The notes under the pieces are model-generated. The model did not search any database. It was not told the origin of the DNA and saw only the letters and a list, made by a program, of their open reading frames with translations. Positions 1-9,392 of a DNA stretch of 64,000 bases are shown one piece after another (within the stretch, counting starts at the first letter, position 1; every line of letters starts with the position of its first letter). The translations under genes were made by a program, and so were the position numbers. Source of the stretch: Lachnospiraceae bacterium (GTDB lineage: Bacteria > Bacillota > Clostridia > Lachnospirales > Lachnospiraceae); assembly GCA_017619615.1 (NCBI GenBank), contig JAFZRY010000014.1, forward strand, positions 26,914 to 90,913, in the 5' to 3' direction.

Positions 1-2
1 AA

Positions 3-158
3 CTGGTCCGCAGGATCGAGACACTATACCAAGAAAACGGCGGAGAGGAGCTTCTCAATCTGATAAGAGATATCCGCGAGGAGCTTATCCTGCCCGGGAA
101 AGACAGGGAGGTGAAACGATGGCCACCACTGGATTCTGGCCCGTCAAAGGGCATCTGA
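3..158 (+). CDS. 3' fragment of an ORF entering from the left edge (…LVRRIETLYQENGGEELLNLIRDIREELILPGKDREVKRW…). Its position suggests a relaxosome accessory (MobC-like) protein.
   Basis: Frame 3 is open from the window edge to TGA at 156-158 and overlaps the relaxase ATG at 119. Small accessory genes overlapping a relaxase start are typical of mob modules. No motif recognised. Confidence 0.3.
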   Translation: MVRRIETLYQENGGEELLNLIRDIREELILPGKDREVKRWPPLDSGPSKGI

Positions 159-1582
159 AGAAAGTACTGGATTACGCCGATAATCCGAAAAAGACCACAG
201 CACTCCCTGATCCGGAAACCGGTCTGGCACAGGCCCTGGCATATACCGCCGATGCCGGCAAGACCGACCGTCTGATGTACGTTCACGCGCTGAATACGAT
301 TCCCGAACAGGCCTATGAAGACATGATGGCCACGAAGCGCCGCTTTGGGAAACTCGGCGGAAACGTCGCCTATCACGGCTTCCAGAGCTTCAAGACCGGG
401 GAAATCAGCCCCGAAGAAGCACACCAAATCGGGATCGAAACAGCGCAGCGACTCTGGGGGAAGGATTATGAAGTCCTGATCACCACGCATCTGAACACGG
501 ATAATCTGCACAATCACTTCGTGATCAACTCCGTGTCTTTCCGGGATGGGAAGAAGTTTCTGAACAAGAAAGCGGATCATTACCGGCTGAGGGAGGTCTC
601 CGATGCGGTCTGTGCGGAGCATCAGAAATCCGTACTGAAGGACGCGCCTTTCTACGGCGGAGGGGGCCTGGATTACTGGGCAAGGAAAAATGGTCAGCCC
701 ACGCACCGGGAGATCCTGAAAAAAGACGTGGAAGAAGCGCTGCGTACTGCCGTCACACCGCAGATCTTTCTCTCGAATCTGAAAAAGCTGGGTTATGCCG
801 TTGTCCGCGACCGGAATCATGCCCATCTCTCCGTCAAGGCTCCGGGCTGGGAAAGAGCCGTCCGTCTGGACAGGCTGGGATATACCAATGACGTGCTGAA
901 TCAACGGATCGAAGACAACCTGTATCACGACGAGGTCTACTGGCAGTACCGCAGGGAATACGGCCAGAAGCCGGACCGGCCGCTCCTCTACGTCCTGAGC
1001 AGCAGTCTAAAGCTGCAGAAGGAATGGCCGGTATCGGTTACCGGCAGTCACGGCGCCCGGCAGCTTATCCTAGCGGAATCCGCCGTCGCCGTTACCAAGC
1101 TTATCCTGGTGCTGTTGGTCATGATGACCGGGCAGGACGGAAGCTGGCTGGAATCGCTTCTCGGTCTTCCGGAAAAAACGCTCACGGAAAAACACGTCCC
1201 CCTCTCGCCGGAGATGCGGCAGGAACTGACGAAGCTGGACCGCTATGATAAGCAGGTCCGGCTTCTTGCTTCTGAAAACATCCACACAGATGAGGAACTG
1301 GGGCGTTTCCTGGATAATACTTCCTTTGAAATCGAAATGCTGGAGCAGCAGCGGGACGCTCTCCGAAACAAGGAACGCCGCGTCAGTGAGCCGGAAAAGA
1401 AGGAAGCGGTCCGGAATGAGATCCGTACTATCTCTCAGGAGCTCGCTCCTCTTCGCAAGAAGAAGTTCCTCGCGGAAGAGATCCTGAGACGCTCAGGGGA
1501 GCGGCTGAAACTGCTGCGGTCGGAACTGGCAGCAGAGCTTTCGGAGCCTGTCAGGGACCGGGATCGGGGGGATGCCAGATGA
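119..1582 (+). CDS. Relaxase/mobilisation nuclease (MobA/VirD2-type, PF03432-like)
   Basis: N-terminus MATTGFWPVKGHLKKVLDYADNPKKT and histidine triad HLNTDNLHNHFVINSV are typical of Firmicutes mobilisation relaxases. C-terminal half is coiled-coil-like. RBS GGGAGG upstream. Confidence 0.85.
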   Translation: MATTGFWPVKGHLKKVLDYADNPKKTTALPDPETGLAQALAYTADAGKTDRLMYVHALNTIPEQAYEDMMATKRRFGKLGGNVAYHGFQSFKTGEISPEEAHQIGIETAQRLWGKDYEVLITTHLNTDNLHNHFVINSVSFRDGKKFLNKKADHYRLREVSDAVCAEHQKSVLKDAPFYGGGGLDYWARKNGQPTHREILKKDVEEALRTAVTPQIFLSNLKKLGYAVVRDRNHAHLSVKAPGWERAVRLDRLGYTNDVLNQRIEDNLYHDEVYWQYRREYGQKPDRPLLYVLSSSLKLQKEWPVSVTGSHGARQLILAESAVAVTKLILVLLVMMTGQDGSWLESLLGLPEKTLTEKHVPLSPEMRQELTKLDRYDKQVRLLASENIHTDEELGRFLDNTSFEIEMLEQQRDALRNKERRVSEPEKKEAVRNEIRTISQELAPLRKKKFLAEEILRRSGERLKLLRSELAAELSEPVRDRDRGDAR

Positions 1583-2898
1583 TGACGCTGATGTATCCCG
1601 AAACTCTTCCGGAAAAGAAGATTTCTTTCCTGTATGATCCCAGCCTGTCGGAAGCACCGCTTTCATCTCTGGAAAGTTGTGGTATAATCGACTCGAATGA
1701 GTACCGCCGTTATATCACGATGGTAATTAGAGAAAAAGTAAGCAAGATCCATGACCACGCCATTTCCAAAGGTATGGGAAAGGACGGACGCTGGTTCACC
1801 AACGTCCGGGATCCCGTCACCGGCAAGCTGAAAAGGGTCGCCGGAAAAACAGAGGAGGAAGTCTATCGGAAACTGTATGATTTCTATTTTGTCACGCCGA
1901 AGAAAAAGAAAGCACTGACGCTCCGAAAAATCTATCCCGAGTGGCTGCAGTACAGAGCTGCCACCGCCGGGAAAGCCAATTCTGTCCACCGCCAGGACAC
2001 GGATTACAGGCGTTTCTATCTGAACGAGCCGCTCTCGAAGAAGATCCTTGACACACCTGTCACGGAGCTGACGCGGGCAGTCCTGAAAAAATGGGAATGC
2101 GAAATGATCCGGAAACACAACATGACCTACAAACGGGCCACGAATGTTTTCAGCATCATCAAACAGATGATGGATTATCTGGTGGACAGCGAGAATCTGA
2201 CCAAGAACACAGCCAGAGAGGTCCGGCTTGACAAGACCATCTATAAGCCGGTCAATAAAGCAACTGCTTCCTCGCAGATCTTTTATCCGGATGAGATGGA
2301 AGCCCTGATGAAGCTCAGCTACCGAAAGGCACAGGAAACGCAGGATGAAAACTACCTGGCGATCCCGCTGATCCGTCTGCTGGGGCTCCGGATTGGGGAA
2401 TGTCTGGCTCTTTCCTTCAGCGACTTTGACAGCAGCACCAACCGGGTGCACGTCCACAGTTCCCTTTGCGTTAAGGATGAATTGAATCCGGACGGGACCT
2501 GGGCGGGAAGATCCTTTCAGGTCGAGGACAGTCTCAAGAAAGGCGCGCCGCCACGGGATCTGCTCGGCTCCGACGAGGTCTTTGAGCTGGTCAAAAAGAT
2601 CCGGGTGATTCTGTTCAAAAAGGGAATCCACCGGGAGCGGCTGTTTGAAACGGCAACTCAGAGCATGATCCAAATGAAGCTTTACCGAATGTGCGACGAA
2701 CTGGGAATCGAAAGGCGCTCTCCTCACAAACTGAGGAAGACCTACATCTCCATGCTGCTCAATCACGGGTTCGACCCGGACTTTGTGAGACAGCAGGCAG
2801 GGCACAAACAATTGCAGACAACGCTGAACAACTACACCTATTCAACGACTCGCGACAGCGAAATCGTTGGAAAACTGAACGAAGTACTCGCTCTTTGA
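1579..2898 (+). CDS. Tyrosine site-specific recombinase (phage-integrase family)
   Basis: Catalytic signature LGLRIGE…HKLRKTY…GHKQLQTTLNNYTY (R, HxxR, H, Y). ATGA overlap with the relaxase stop. Ends 112 bp from the 3' end of a tRNA. Confidence 0.88.
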   Translation: MMTLMYPETLPEKKISFLYDPSLSEAPLSSLESCGIIDSNEYRRYITMVIREKVSKIHDHAISKGMGKDGRWFTNVRDPVTGKLKRVAGKTEEEVYRKLYDFYFVTPKKKKALTLRKIYPEWLQYRAATAGKANSVHRQDTDYRRFYLNEPLSKKILDTPVTELTRAVLKKWECEMIRKHNMTYKRATNVFSIIKQMMDYLVDSENLTKNTAREVRLDKTIYKPVNKATASSQIFYPDEMEALMKLSYRKAQETQDENYLAIPLIRLLGLRIGECLALSFSDFDSSTNRVHVHSSLCVKDELNPDGTWAGRSFQVEDSLKKGAPPRDLLGSDEVFELVKKIRVILFKKGIHRERLFETATQSMIQMKLYRMCDELGIERRSPHKLRKTYISMLLNHGFDPDFVRQQAGHKQLQTTLNNYTYSTTRDSEIVGKLNEVLAL

Positions 2899-2910
2899 CC
2901 TCAAAAAATA

Positions 2911-2957
2911 AATGAGCACAAAGCTGTGCAAGTCTGTGCAAGCTTTTTGTGCTCATT
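2911..2957 (+). terminator. Bulged hairpin downstream of the integrase, with tandem CTGTGCAAG in the loop
   Basis: AATGAGCACAAAGC … GCTTTTTGTGCTCATT inverted repeat read directly. No clear T-tract on the plus strand, so terminator function is uncertain. Confidence 0.35.
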
Positions 2958-2958
2958 T

Positions 2959-2999
2959 GAAAAGCCTCGAATACGCTGATATTTCAACGTTTTCGAGGC
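2959..2999 (-). terminator. Intrinsic terminator of tRNA-Ser
   Basis: 8-bp stem GCCTCGAA/TTCGAGGC (2964-2971 / 2992-2999), followed on the minus strand by TTTTC, directly after the tRNA 3' end. Confidence 0.55.
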
Positions 3000-3009
3000 C
3001 CTCGTCTCG

Positions 3010-3098
3010 CGGAGAAGGAGGGATTTGAACCCTCGCGCCGGTTCACCCGACCTACACCCTTAGCAGGGGCGCCTCTTCGGCCTCTTGAGTACTTCTCC
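3010..3098 (-). tRNA. tRNA-Ser (anticodon GCU), class II with long variable arm; CCA not encoded
   Basis: Hand-folded: acceptor GGAGAAG/CTTCTCC; anticodon stem CGCCC/GGGTG with loop CUGCUAA; T-arm GAGGG-TTCAAAT-CCCTC; 20-nt variable arm. Confidence 0.9.
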
Positions 3099-3214
3099 GA
3101 ATTCCATAGGGGGTATGAAATTTTCGCCTGAAAGGCGCATCCATATTTATACAATAATGCGGGCGGGTTGTCAATCTTTTTTTGCGAAGCGGGCAGAGGG
3201 GCGGTTTTTCCTCC

Positions 3215-3244
3215 TTGCCATAGCCCGCGCGGATGTTTTATAAT
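3215..3244 (+). promoter_or_regulatory. Putative sigma-A promoter, TTGCCA-N18-TATAAT
   Basis: Hexamers read directly, about 30 nt upstream of the DUF362 start. Confidence 0.4.
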
Positions 3245-3272
3245 AGCAATATCAAATGATTCGGAGGCAGTT

Positions 3273-4268
3273 ATGAACAGGATATTACCCGGCACCGGCG
3301 GGAATGTGTACGTCCCGTATGAGGAACGGACAGGCAATGAATCGATCGTGTATTTTACGCGCGACCTTTCGGCGGAAGGGCTGCGGAAGGTGTATGAAAA
3401 GGTGAACGGGCGGATCGGCAGAAAGGTGGCGGTGAAACTGCATACCGGCGAGAAGAACGGACCGAATATCATCCCGCGCGCCTGGGTGAAGGAACTGCTG
3501 GAGAAGGATATCCCGGGCGCCACGATCGTGGAGACCAATACGTATTACGTGGGCGACCGGTATACGACGGAGCAGCACCGCGAGACACTGCAGGTGAACG
3601 GATGGGATTTCGCGCCGGTGGACATCATGGACGAGACCGGCGTGACGACGCTGCCGGTGAAGGGCGGCAAATGGTTCAGGGAGATGACGGTCGGCGCGAC
3701 GCTGCCGCAGTACGATTCGTTCGTGGCGCTGACACATTTTAAAGGGCACGTGATGGGCGGCTTCGGCGGCTCGAACAAGAATATCGGCATCGGCTGCGCG
3801 GACGGGCGGATCGGCAAGGCGGCCATCCATTCGCACCCCGGGCAGGGGCAGTGGTCCATCGCCGAGGAGGAGCTGATGGAGCGCATCTCGGAATCCACCA
3901 AAGCCACCGTGGACTATTTCGGCCAAAACATCTGCTTCGTCAATGTGATGCGGAACATGTCCGTCTCCTGCGACTGCGAGGGCGTGGCCGCGGCGCCGGT
4001 CGTGACGCCGAACGTGGGCATCCTGGGCTCGCTCGACATCCTGGCCGTCGACCAGGCCTGCGTCGACCTGATCCACGCCATGACCGAGGAGCAGCATCAC
4101 GACCTCTGGGAGCGCATGCAGACCCGCCACGGCTTCCGCCAGCTTTCTTACATGAAGGAACTCGGCATGGGCAACGACCGCTACGTGCTGATCGACCTGG
4201 ACAATGACGAAGTGCGGATCTGCCCGAAAGAGGCGGTGAAGGACGTAAAGCCGTTCACGGCGGAGTGA
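3273..4268 (+). CDS. DUF362 domain-containing protein
   Basis: Start moved to MNRILPG (GGAGG RBS at 3263-3267). Sequence LHTGEKNGPNII…THFKGHVMGGFGGSNKNIGIGC resembles the DUF362 family. Confidence 0.7.
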   Translation: MNRILPGTGGNVYVPYEERTGNESIVYFTRDLSAEGLRKVYEKVNGRIGRKVAVKLHTGEKNGPNIIPRAWVKELLEKDIPGATIVETNTYYVGDRYTTEQHRETLQVNGWDFAPVDIMDETGVTTLPVKGGKWFREMTVGATLPQYDSFVALTHFKGHVMGGFGGSNKNIGIGCADGRIGKAAIHSHPGQGQWSIAEEELMERISESTKATVDYFGQNICFVNVMRNMSVSCDCEGVAAAPVVTPNVGILGSLDILAVDQACVDLIHAMTEEQHHDLWERMQTRHGFRQLSYMKELGMGNDRYVLIDLDNDEVRICPKEAVKDVKPFTAE

Positions 4269-4324
4269 GCGCACGGCCTGCAGAATAGAGCGGAGGGGAC
4301 GTCCTGTCCCTGCAAGGAGTAAAC

Positions 4325-6181
4325 ATGAAATCGCAGCAGAAGCAGGAATTTGAACGGCGTTTCGCCCGTCACCGGGATGAACTGAAATGGCTGTATCTGG
4401 AACTGTATCACGGGGACACGCAGGCGTACGACTATTTTGTCGGGATGCTGGAGCGCGCTTATGAGGAGCGGGGAGAGGCCCTGCGGGCCCTGGACCGCCG
4501 GCGCGAACAGGATCCGGACTGGTATAAAGGCCGGGACCTGACCGGCATGCTGCTGTACGTGAACGCGTTTGCGGGCACGCTGCGGGGCGTGCAGAAAAAA
4601 CTGGACTACCTGGAGGACTGCGGCGTCAACTATCTGCATCTGATGCCGCTGCTGGAGAGCCCGGAAGGCCGCAGCGACGGCGGCTACGCGGTCTCGGATT
4701 TCCGGAAGGTCCAGCCCGCGCTGGGAACGATGGAAGACCTTGCTGCGCTGGCGGCCGACTGCCACGGCCGCGGGATGTCCCTCTGTCTGGATTTTGTCAT
4801 GAACCATACCAGCGAGGACCACGAGTGGGCCCGGCGCGCCCGGGCCGGGGAAAAGGAGTATCAGGACCGCTATTTCTTCTATGACAGCTGGGATATCCCG
4901 CATCGTTTTGAAGAGACGGTGCCGCAGGTCTTTCCGACGACGGCGCCGGGCAATTTCAGCTGGTGCGAAGAGGCCGGCAAGGTCGTCATGACGACCTTTT
5001 ACCCCTACCAGTGGGACCTGAACTACGCGAACCCGGTGGTCTTCAACGACATGACGGACAACATGCTCTACCTCTGCAACCAGGGGGTGGATATCGTCCG
5101 TCTGGACGCGGTCCCGTACATCTGGAAGGAACTGGGCACCAACTGCCGCAACCTGCCGAAAGTCCACACCCTGGTGCGGCTGATGCGCATGGCCTGCGAG
5201 ATCGTCTGCCCGGGCACGCTGCTGCTGGGCGAGGTCGTGATGGAGCCGTCCCGCGTCGTGCCGTACTTCGGGACCGTGGAAAAGCCGGAGTGCCATCTCC
5301 TCTACAACGTGACCACCATGGCGACCATCTGGCATACGGTCGCCACGAGGGACGTCGCGCTGCTGCGGCATCAGCTCGGCCAGGTCTTTGCGCTGCCGGG
5401 CGAATACACCTTCCTGAACTATCTGCGCTGCCATGACGATATCGGCTGGGGCCTCGACTACGATTACCTGGAAAACTTCGGCCAGAAGCAGGTCCCGCAC
5501 AAGAGATACCTGAACGATTACCTGACCGGCGCCTGGTACGGCAGCCCGGCCCGCGGCGAACTCTATAACAATGATCCGGTCCTGGGGGATGCCCGCCTCT
5601 GCGGCACCACCGCCTCGCTCTGCGGTGTGGAAACGGCCCGCCGGGAGAGCAACGCGGAAATGCTGGCCTGGGCGCTGCGCCAGGACGAGATGCTTCACGC
5701 CCTGATCTTTACCTTAAGCGGGATCCCGGTCCTCTACAGCGGCGACGAGATCCTGCAGGAAAACGATTACAGTTATCACGAAGACCCCTTGAAGATGGCG
5801 GACAGCCGTTTCCTGCACCGCGGCGACCTGGACTGGGAGAAGGCCGCGAAACGGAAAGACCCGTCCGAACCCGAGGGCGATTTCTTCGCCCGCCTGAAGC
5901 GGCTGGAGGCGCTGCGGCGCACGCACCGGGTCTTCGACGGACAGGCGGACGTCTGGACGCTCAGCACCTCCCGCACGGGCGTGCTCGGCATCGGCCGCTA
6001 TAAAGACGGGGAAAAGCTGGCGGCACTCTTTAACTTTACGGCGGAGGAACAGACGGTCTCCCTGACGGAAGAGGGCGATTATACGGATCTGATCCGCGGG
6101 CGGAAACAGGACAAGACGGCCGTCACCCTGCCGCCGGGCGGCTTCTGCTGGCTGTTCTGCGAATTTGAAGAGGAGAAATAA
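4325..6181 (+). CDS. GH13 alpha-amylase-family enzyme, amylosucrase-like (GH13_4-type)
   Basis: GH13 regions I-IV present: DFVMNHTS, GVDIVRLDAVPYIW, LLGEVVME, YLRCHDDIGW. Amylosucrase-like N-terminal helical domain and length (618 aa). Confidence 0.8.
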   Translation: MKSQQKQEFERRFARHRDELKWLYLELYHGDTQAYDYFVGMLERAYEERGEALRALDRRREQDPDWYKGRDLTGMLLYVNAFAGTLRGVQKKLDYLEDCGVNYLHLMPLLESPEGRSDGGYAVSDFRKVQPALGTMEDLAALAADCHGRGMSLCLDFVMNHTSEDHEWARRARAGEKEYQDRYFFYDSWDIPHRFEETVPQVFPTTAPGNFSWCEEAGKVVMTTFYPYQWDLNYANPVVFNDMTDNMLYLCNQGVDIVRLDAVPYIWKELGTNCRNLPKVHTLVRLMRMACEIVCPGTLLLGEVVMEPSRVVPYFGTVEKPECHLLYNVTTMATIWHTVATRDVALLRHQLGQVFALPGEYTFLNYLRCHDDIGWGLDYDYLENFGQKQVPHKRYLNDYLTGAWYGSPARGELYNNDPVLGDARLCGTTASLCGVETARRESNAEMLAWALRQDEMLHALIFTLSGIPVLYSGDEILQENDYSYHEDPLKMADSRFLHRGDLDWEKAAKRKDPSEPEGDFFARLKRLEALRRTHRVFDGQADVWTLSTSRTGVLGIGRYKDGEKLAALFNFTAEEQTVSLTEEGDYTDLIRGRKQDKTAVTLPPGGFCWLFCEFEEEK

Positions 6182-6184
6182 CAA

Positions 6185-7012
6185 ATGAATCGGAAGCTGA
6201 TCTTTCTGGATATCGACGGGACCCTGACGGTCCCCGGCAGCAACGTGCCGCCGGCCAGCGCCGTGGAAGCGGTGCGGCAGGCCCGGGCCTGCGGCCATAA
6301 GGTGTTTCTGTGTTCCGGCCGGAATCCGGGGATGCTGGCCCCGCTGCTGGAATACGGCTTTGACGGCTACGTCGGAAGCGGAGGCGGCTATGTGGTCTGC
6401 GAAGACCGGGTCCTGTTTGACTGCCCCATGTCGGAAGATCAGCGGGTAAGCGCCATGGAACTGCTCGCCGGCGCCGGTGTCTTCCGCACCCTGGAGGCGC
6501 GGGACGCGGCTTACGGGGACCGGGGCATGGCGGAATTCCTGAATAAGACTAGCGGCGGCAACAGCGAACTGGTCCGCTGGCGGAAAGCGCTGGAGGAGGA
6601 TCTGAATATCCGGCCGATGGAGGAATACGACGGACGGCCCCTGTACAAGATCGTCTTCATGTGCGAAAAGAAGGAACAGCTGGACCCGGCGCGCGCGGTG
6701 CTGGAAAGGGATTTTGAATTCCTGGTCCAGGACCTGGCGGCCGCCAACTGCCTGAACGGGGAGATGATCAACCGGAAGTTCGATAAGGGCAGCGGCGTGC
6801 GGCAGATCGCGGAAGCGCTCGGCGCGGACCTCGCGGATACCGTCGGATTCGGGGACAGCATGAACGATCTGGAGATGATCAAGACCGTGGGGACCTCCGT
6901 CTGCATGGGAAACGGAAGCCCGGCCTTAAAGGAGATCTGCGACCTGGTCTGCCCCGCGGTGGAAGAGGACGGTCTGGCGAAGATGTTCCATGAACTGGGA
7001 CTGGATAAATAA
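6185..7012 (+). CDS. Cof-type HAD-IIB family hydrolase (sugar phosphatase-like)
   Basis: IFLDIDGTL motif I, GDSMNDLEM motif IV, length 275 aa. Confidence 0.85.
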   Translation: MNRKLIFLDIDGTLTVPGSNVPPASAVEAVRQARACGHKVFLCSGRNPGMLAPLLEYGFDGYVGSGGGYVVCEDRVLFDCPMSEDQRVSAMELLAGAGVFRTLEARDAAYGDRGMAEFLNKTSGGNSELVRWRKALEEDLNIRPMEEYDGRPLYKIVFMCEKKEQLDPARAVLERDFEFLVQDLAAANCLNGEMINRKFDKGSGVRQIAEALGADLADTVGFGDSMNDLEMIKTVGTSVCMGNGSPALKEICDLVCPAVEEDGLAKMFHELGLDK

Positions 7013-7033
7013 TGATAATAATCGCTTAAGAAA

Positions 7034-7055
7034 AACATCCGCCGGGTGTTTTTTC
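7034..7055 (+). terminator. Short intrinsic terminator after the HAD gene
   Basis: AACATCC-gcc-GGGTGTT stem (one G·U pair) followed by TTTTTT. Confidence 0.45.
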
Positions 7056-7057
7056 TA

Positions 7058-7086
7058 TTTACAAGCATCCGGAAATCCGATAAAAT
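7058..7086 (+). promoter_or_regulatory. Putative promoter of the PTS operon, TTTACA-N17-TAAAAT
   Basis: Hexamers and 17-nt spacing read directly, 50 nt upstream of the EIIBCA start. Confidence 0.5.
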
Positions 7087-7135
7087 GAAAGTACCTGTAT
7101 AATCCGAAAAAATTTAATAAAAGGAGAGTATCACT

Positions 7136-9046
7136 ATGGCCCTCGATTACCGCAAATGCGCGGAAGAGATATTTTCCCACCTCGGCGGAAGAGAAAATAT
7201 CATCAGCGCAGCTCACTGCGCCACCCGTCTGCGGCTCGTCATCGCGGACAATTCCAAGCTTGACAAAGAAGCGCTGGAAAACGTGGAAGGCGTCAAAGGC
7301 ATGTTCGATTCCAATGGCCAGCTCCAGCTGATCATCGGAACCGGCACCGTCAACAAAGTCTATGATGAATTCCTGGCCGTGACCGGTATGACAGCGGCCA
7401 CGAAGGATGACGTCAAAGCGGCCGCCGCTTCCAAGATGCCGGTCTGGAAGAAGATCCTCAAGACCCCCGGCGACGTTTTCGTTCCGATCCTGCCGGCCAT
7501 CGTGGCCTCCGGCCTGATGATGGGTATCGTGGAAGCGATCCCCAAATTCATCCCGTCCTTCGGCCAGACCGACTGGTTCTCCTTCCTGGACCTGGTCGCC
7601 AATACGGCCTTTGCCCTGCTGCCGGTGCTGGTCGCCATTTCGGCCGCCCGGGTCTTCGGCGGCAACATTTTCCTGGGCGCGGTCATCGGTATCATGATGG
7701 TCCATCCGGCCCTTCTGAACGCCTGGAACGTCGGCAGCGCGGAAGCCATCAACAGTTTCTTCGGGGTGACCGACGGGGTGATACCGACCTGGAAGCTGTT
7801 CTTCTTCAACGTACAGAAGGTCGGCTACCAGGGCCACGTCATCCCGGTCATTCTGGCCGTCCTCCTCATGTGCACCATAGAAAAATGGCTGCATAAACAC
7901 GTCCCGGAGATGATCGACCTGTTCGTGACGCCGCTGGTGACCGTCGTGACCACGGCTTTCATCACGTTCACGATCATCGGCCCGGTCTTCGCCGTGTTTG
8001 AAAACTGGGTGCTGGCCGGCGCGCAGTGGCTGATCTCGGTCGGGTACGGCATCGGCGCGGCCATTATGGGCGCGATATATCCGCTGACCGTCGTCATGGG
8101 CCTGCACCATATGTACAACGTCATTGAAGCCGGCATGATCTCCTCGACCGGCGTCAACACCTGGATGCCCATCGCGTCCGCCGCGAACTTCGCGCAGTTC
8201 GGCGCCTGCCTTGCGGTCGCCATCAAATGCCGCAACCAGAAGACCAAATCCGTCGCGCTGCCCGCGTCCCTGTCCGCTTCGCTGGGCATCACCGAGCCGG
8301 CGATCTTCGGTATCAACTTCCGCTTCATGAAGCCCTTCATCGCCGGCATGATCGGCGGCGCCTGCGGCTCCCTGTTCGCCTCCTGGATGACCGCGACCAA
8401 CGCGGCCGGCGAGACCGTGAAATTCGGCGCCACCACCTACGGCGTTACGGGCATCCCGGGCATTCCGGCCATCAACAACATCCCGATGTATATCGTTGAG
8501 CTGCTGATCGCGTCCGGCATCGCCTTCGCGATCGCCTGGTTCATCTGGAAAGAGGAGGAACCGAAGAAAGCGCCGATTCCGGATCTGTCCGAAGTCGCCG
8601 CGCCCGAAGAACCGGCCCCTTCCGTGGTCCGCTGCGCGGCCGGCGAACTGCTGCAGCCCTGCAAGGGCAAGGTCATCCCCATGGAAGAGATCCCGGACGA
8701 GACCTTTGCGGCCGGCATTCTGGGCGAAGGCATCGGCGTGGAACCGGAGGAAGGCATCGTCGTGGCGCCTTTTGACGGCACCGTAACGAGCGTCTTTGAC
8801 ACGAAGCACGCGATCACGCTGGAAAAGAACGGCATGGAAGTCCTGATCCACGTCGGCGTCAACACTGTCAACATGCAGGGCGAAGGCTTTACCGCTTTCG
8901 TGGAAGAAGGCGCGGAAGTCAAGGCCGGCCAGAAGCTGCTCGGCTTCGACCGGACGGCCATTAAAAACGCCGGCTACAGCGACGTCGTAGTCATGCTCTT
9001 AACCAACTCGGACGACCTGGAAGGCGTTGAGTGCGGTTTACAGTAA
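7136..9046 (+). CDS. PTS EIIBCA component, glucose/sucrose/beta-glucoside superfamily
   Basis: N-terminal EIIB with CATRLR cysteine motif, about 10 TM EIIC core, C-terminal EIIA-Glc domain (VLIHVGVNTVNMQGEGF). Confidence 0.9.
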   Translation: MALDYRKCAEEIFSHLGGRENIISAAHCATRLRLVIADNSKLDKEALENVEGVKGMFDSNGQLQLIIGTGTVNKVYDEFLAVTGMTAATKDDVKAAAASKMPVWKKILKTPGDVFVPILPAIVASGLMMGIVEAIPKFIPSFGQTDWFSFLDLVANTAFALLPVLVAISAARVFGGNIFLGAVIGIMMVHPALLNAWNVGSAEAINSFFGVTDGVIPTWKLFFFNVQKVGYQGHVIPVILAVLLMCTIEKWLHKHVPEMIDLFVTPLVTVVTTAFITFTIIGPVFAVFENWVLAGAQWLISVGYGIGAAIMGAIYPLTVVMGLHHMYNVIEAGMISSTGVNTWMPIASAANFAQFGACLAVAIKCRNQKTKSVALPASLSASLGITEPAIFGINFRFMKPFIAGMIGGACGSLFASWMTATNAAGETVKFGATTYGVTGIPGIPAINNIPMYIVELLIASGIAFAIAWFIWKEEEPKKAPIPDLSEVAAPEEPAPSVVRCAAGELLQPCKGKVIPMEEIPDETFAAGILGEGIGVEPEEGIVVAPFDGTVTSVFDTKHAITLEKNGMEVLIHVGVNTVNMQGEGFTAFVEEGAEVKAGQKLLGFDRTAIKNAGYSDVVVMLLTNSDDLEGVECGLQ

Positions 9047-9067
9047 TACAGAAACGGAGGAATCATC

Positions 9068-9328
9068 ATGAAGTCTTTTGAGTACACCATTACCGATCCC
9101 GTGGGTATCCATGCCCGTCCCGCCGGCCTGCTGGTCAAGGAGATCAAAAACTTTGCCGGCACCACCGTCACCATCACCAAGGGCGAAAAATCCGTCAACG
9201 CGCTGAAGCTGATGGCCCTGATGCAGATGGGGATCAAGCAGGGCGATACCATCACCGTCCAGGTGGAGGGAGCCAATGAAGACAGCGTCGCCGCTGCCAT
9301 CGAAGCATTCCTGAAGGCCAACCTGTAA
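9068..9328 (+). CDS. ptsH: Phosphocarrier protein HPr
   Basis: GIHARPA (His15) and KGEKSVNALKLM (Ser46 region); 86 aa; GGAGG RBS. Confidence 0.95.
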   Translation: MKSFEYTITDPVGIHARPAGLLVKEIKNFAGTTVTITKGEKSVNALKLMALMQMGIKQGDTITVQVEGANEDSVAAAIEAFLKANL

Positions 9329-9338
9329 GGAACCTGCC

Positions 9339-9375
9339 GGTACGGCTGCCGTCTGCGACAGCCGTACCGCTTTTG
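9339..9375 (+). terminator. Hairpin plus T-tract between ptsH and ptsI (partial terminator/attenuator)
   Basis: Perfect 10-bp stem GGTACGGCTG/CAGCCGTACC followed by GCTTTT. Confidence 0.55.
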
Positions 9376-9392
9376 GGAAAGGAGTATTCCGA

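Noticed and set aside
1024-1487. Small ORFs nested in or antisense to the relaxase gene (1024-1248, 1070-1285, 1245-1487)
   Set aside because: They overlap a well-supported CDS, have biased composition (Arg/Ser-rich) and lack an RBS.
2899-3010. Element attachment-site direct repeat (attR core) near the tRNA
   Set aside because: The partner repeat (attL) must lie outside the window, and no second copy of the tRNA 3' segment exists in these 64 kb. The exact element boundary therefore cannot be called from this sequence alone.
7087-7135. cre (CcpA) site or RAT antiterminator upstream of the PTS EIIBCA gene
   Set aside because: ATGAAAGTACCTGTA lacks the central CG and the symmetry of the cre consensus. 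No RAT-like stem overlapping a terminator is present.
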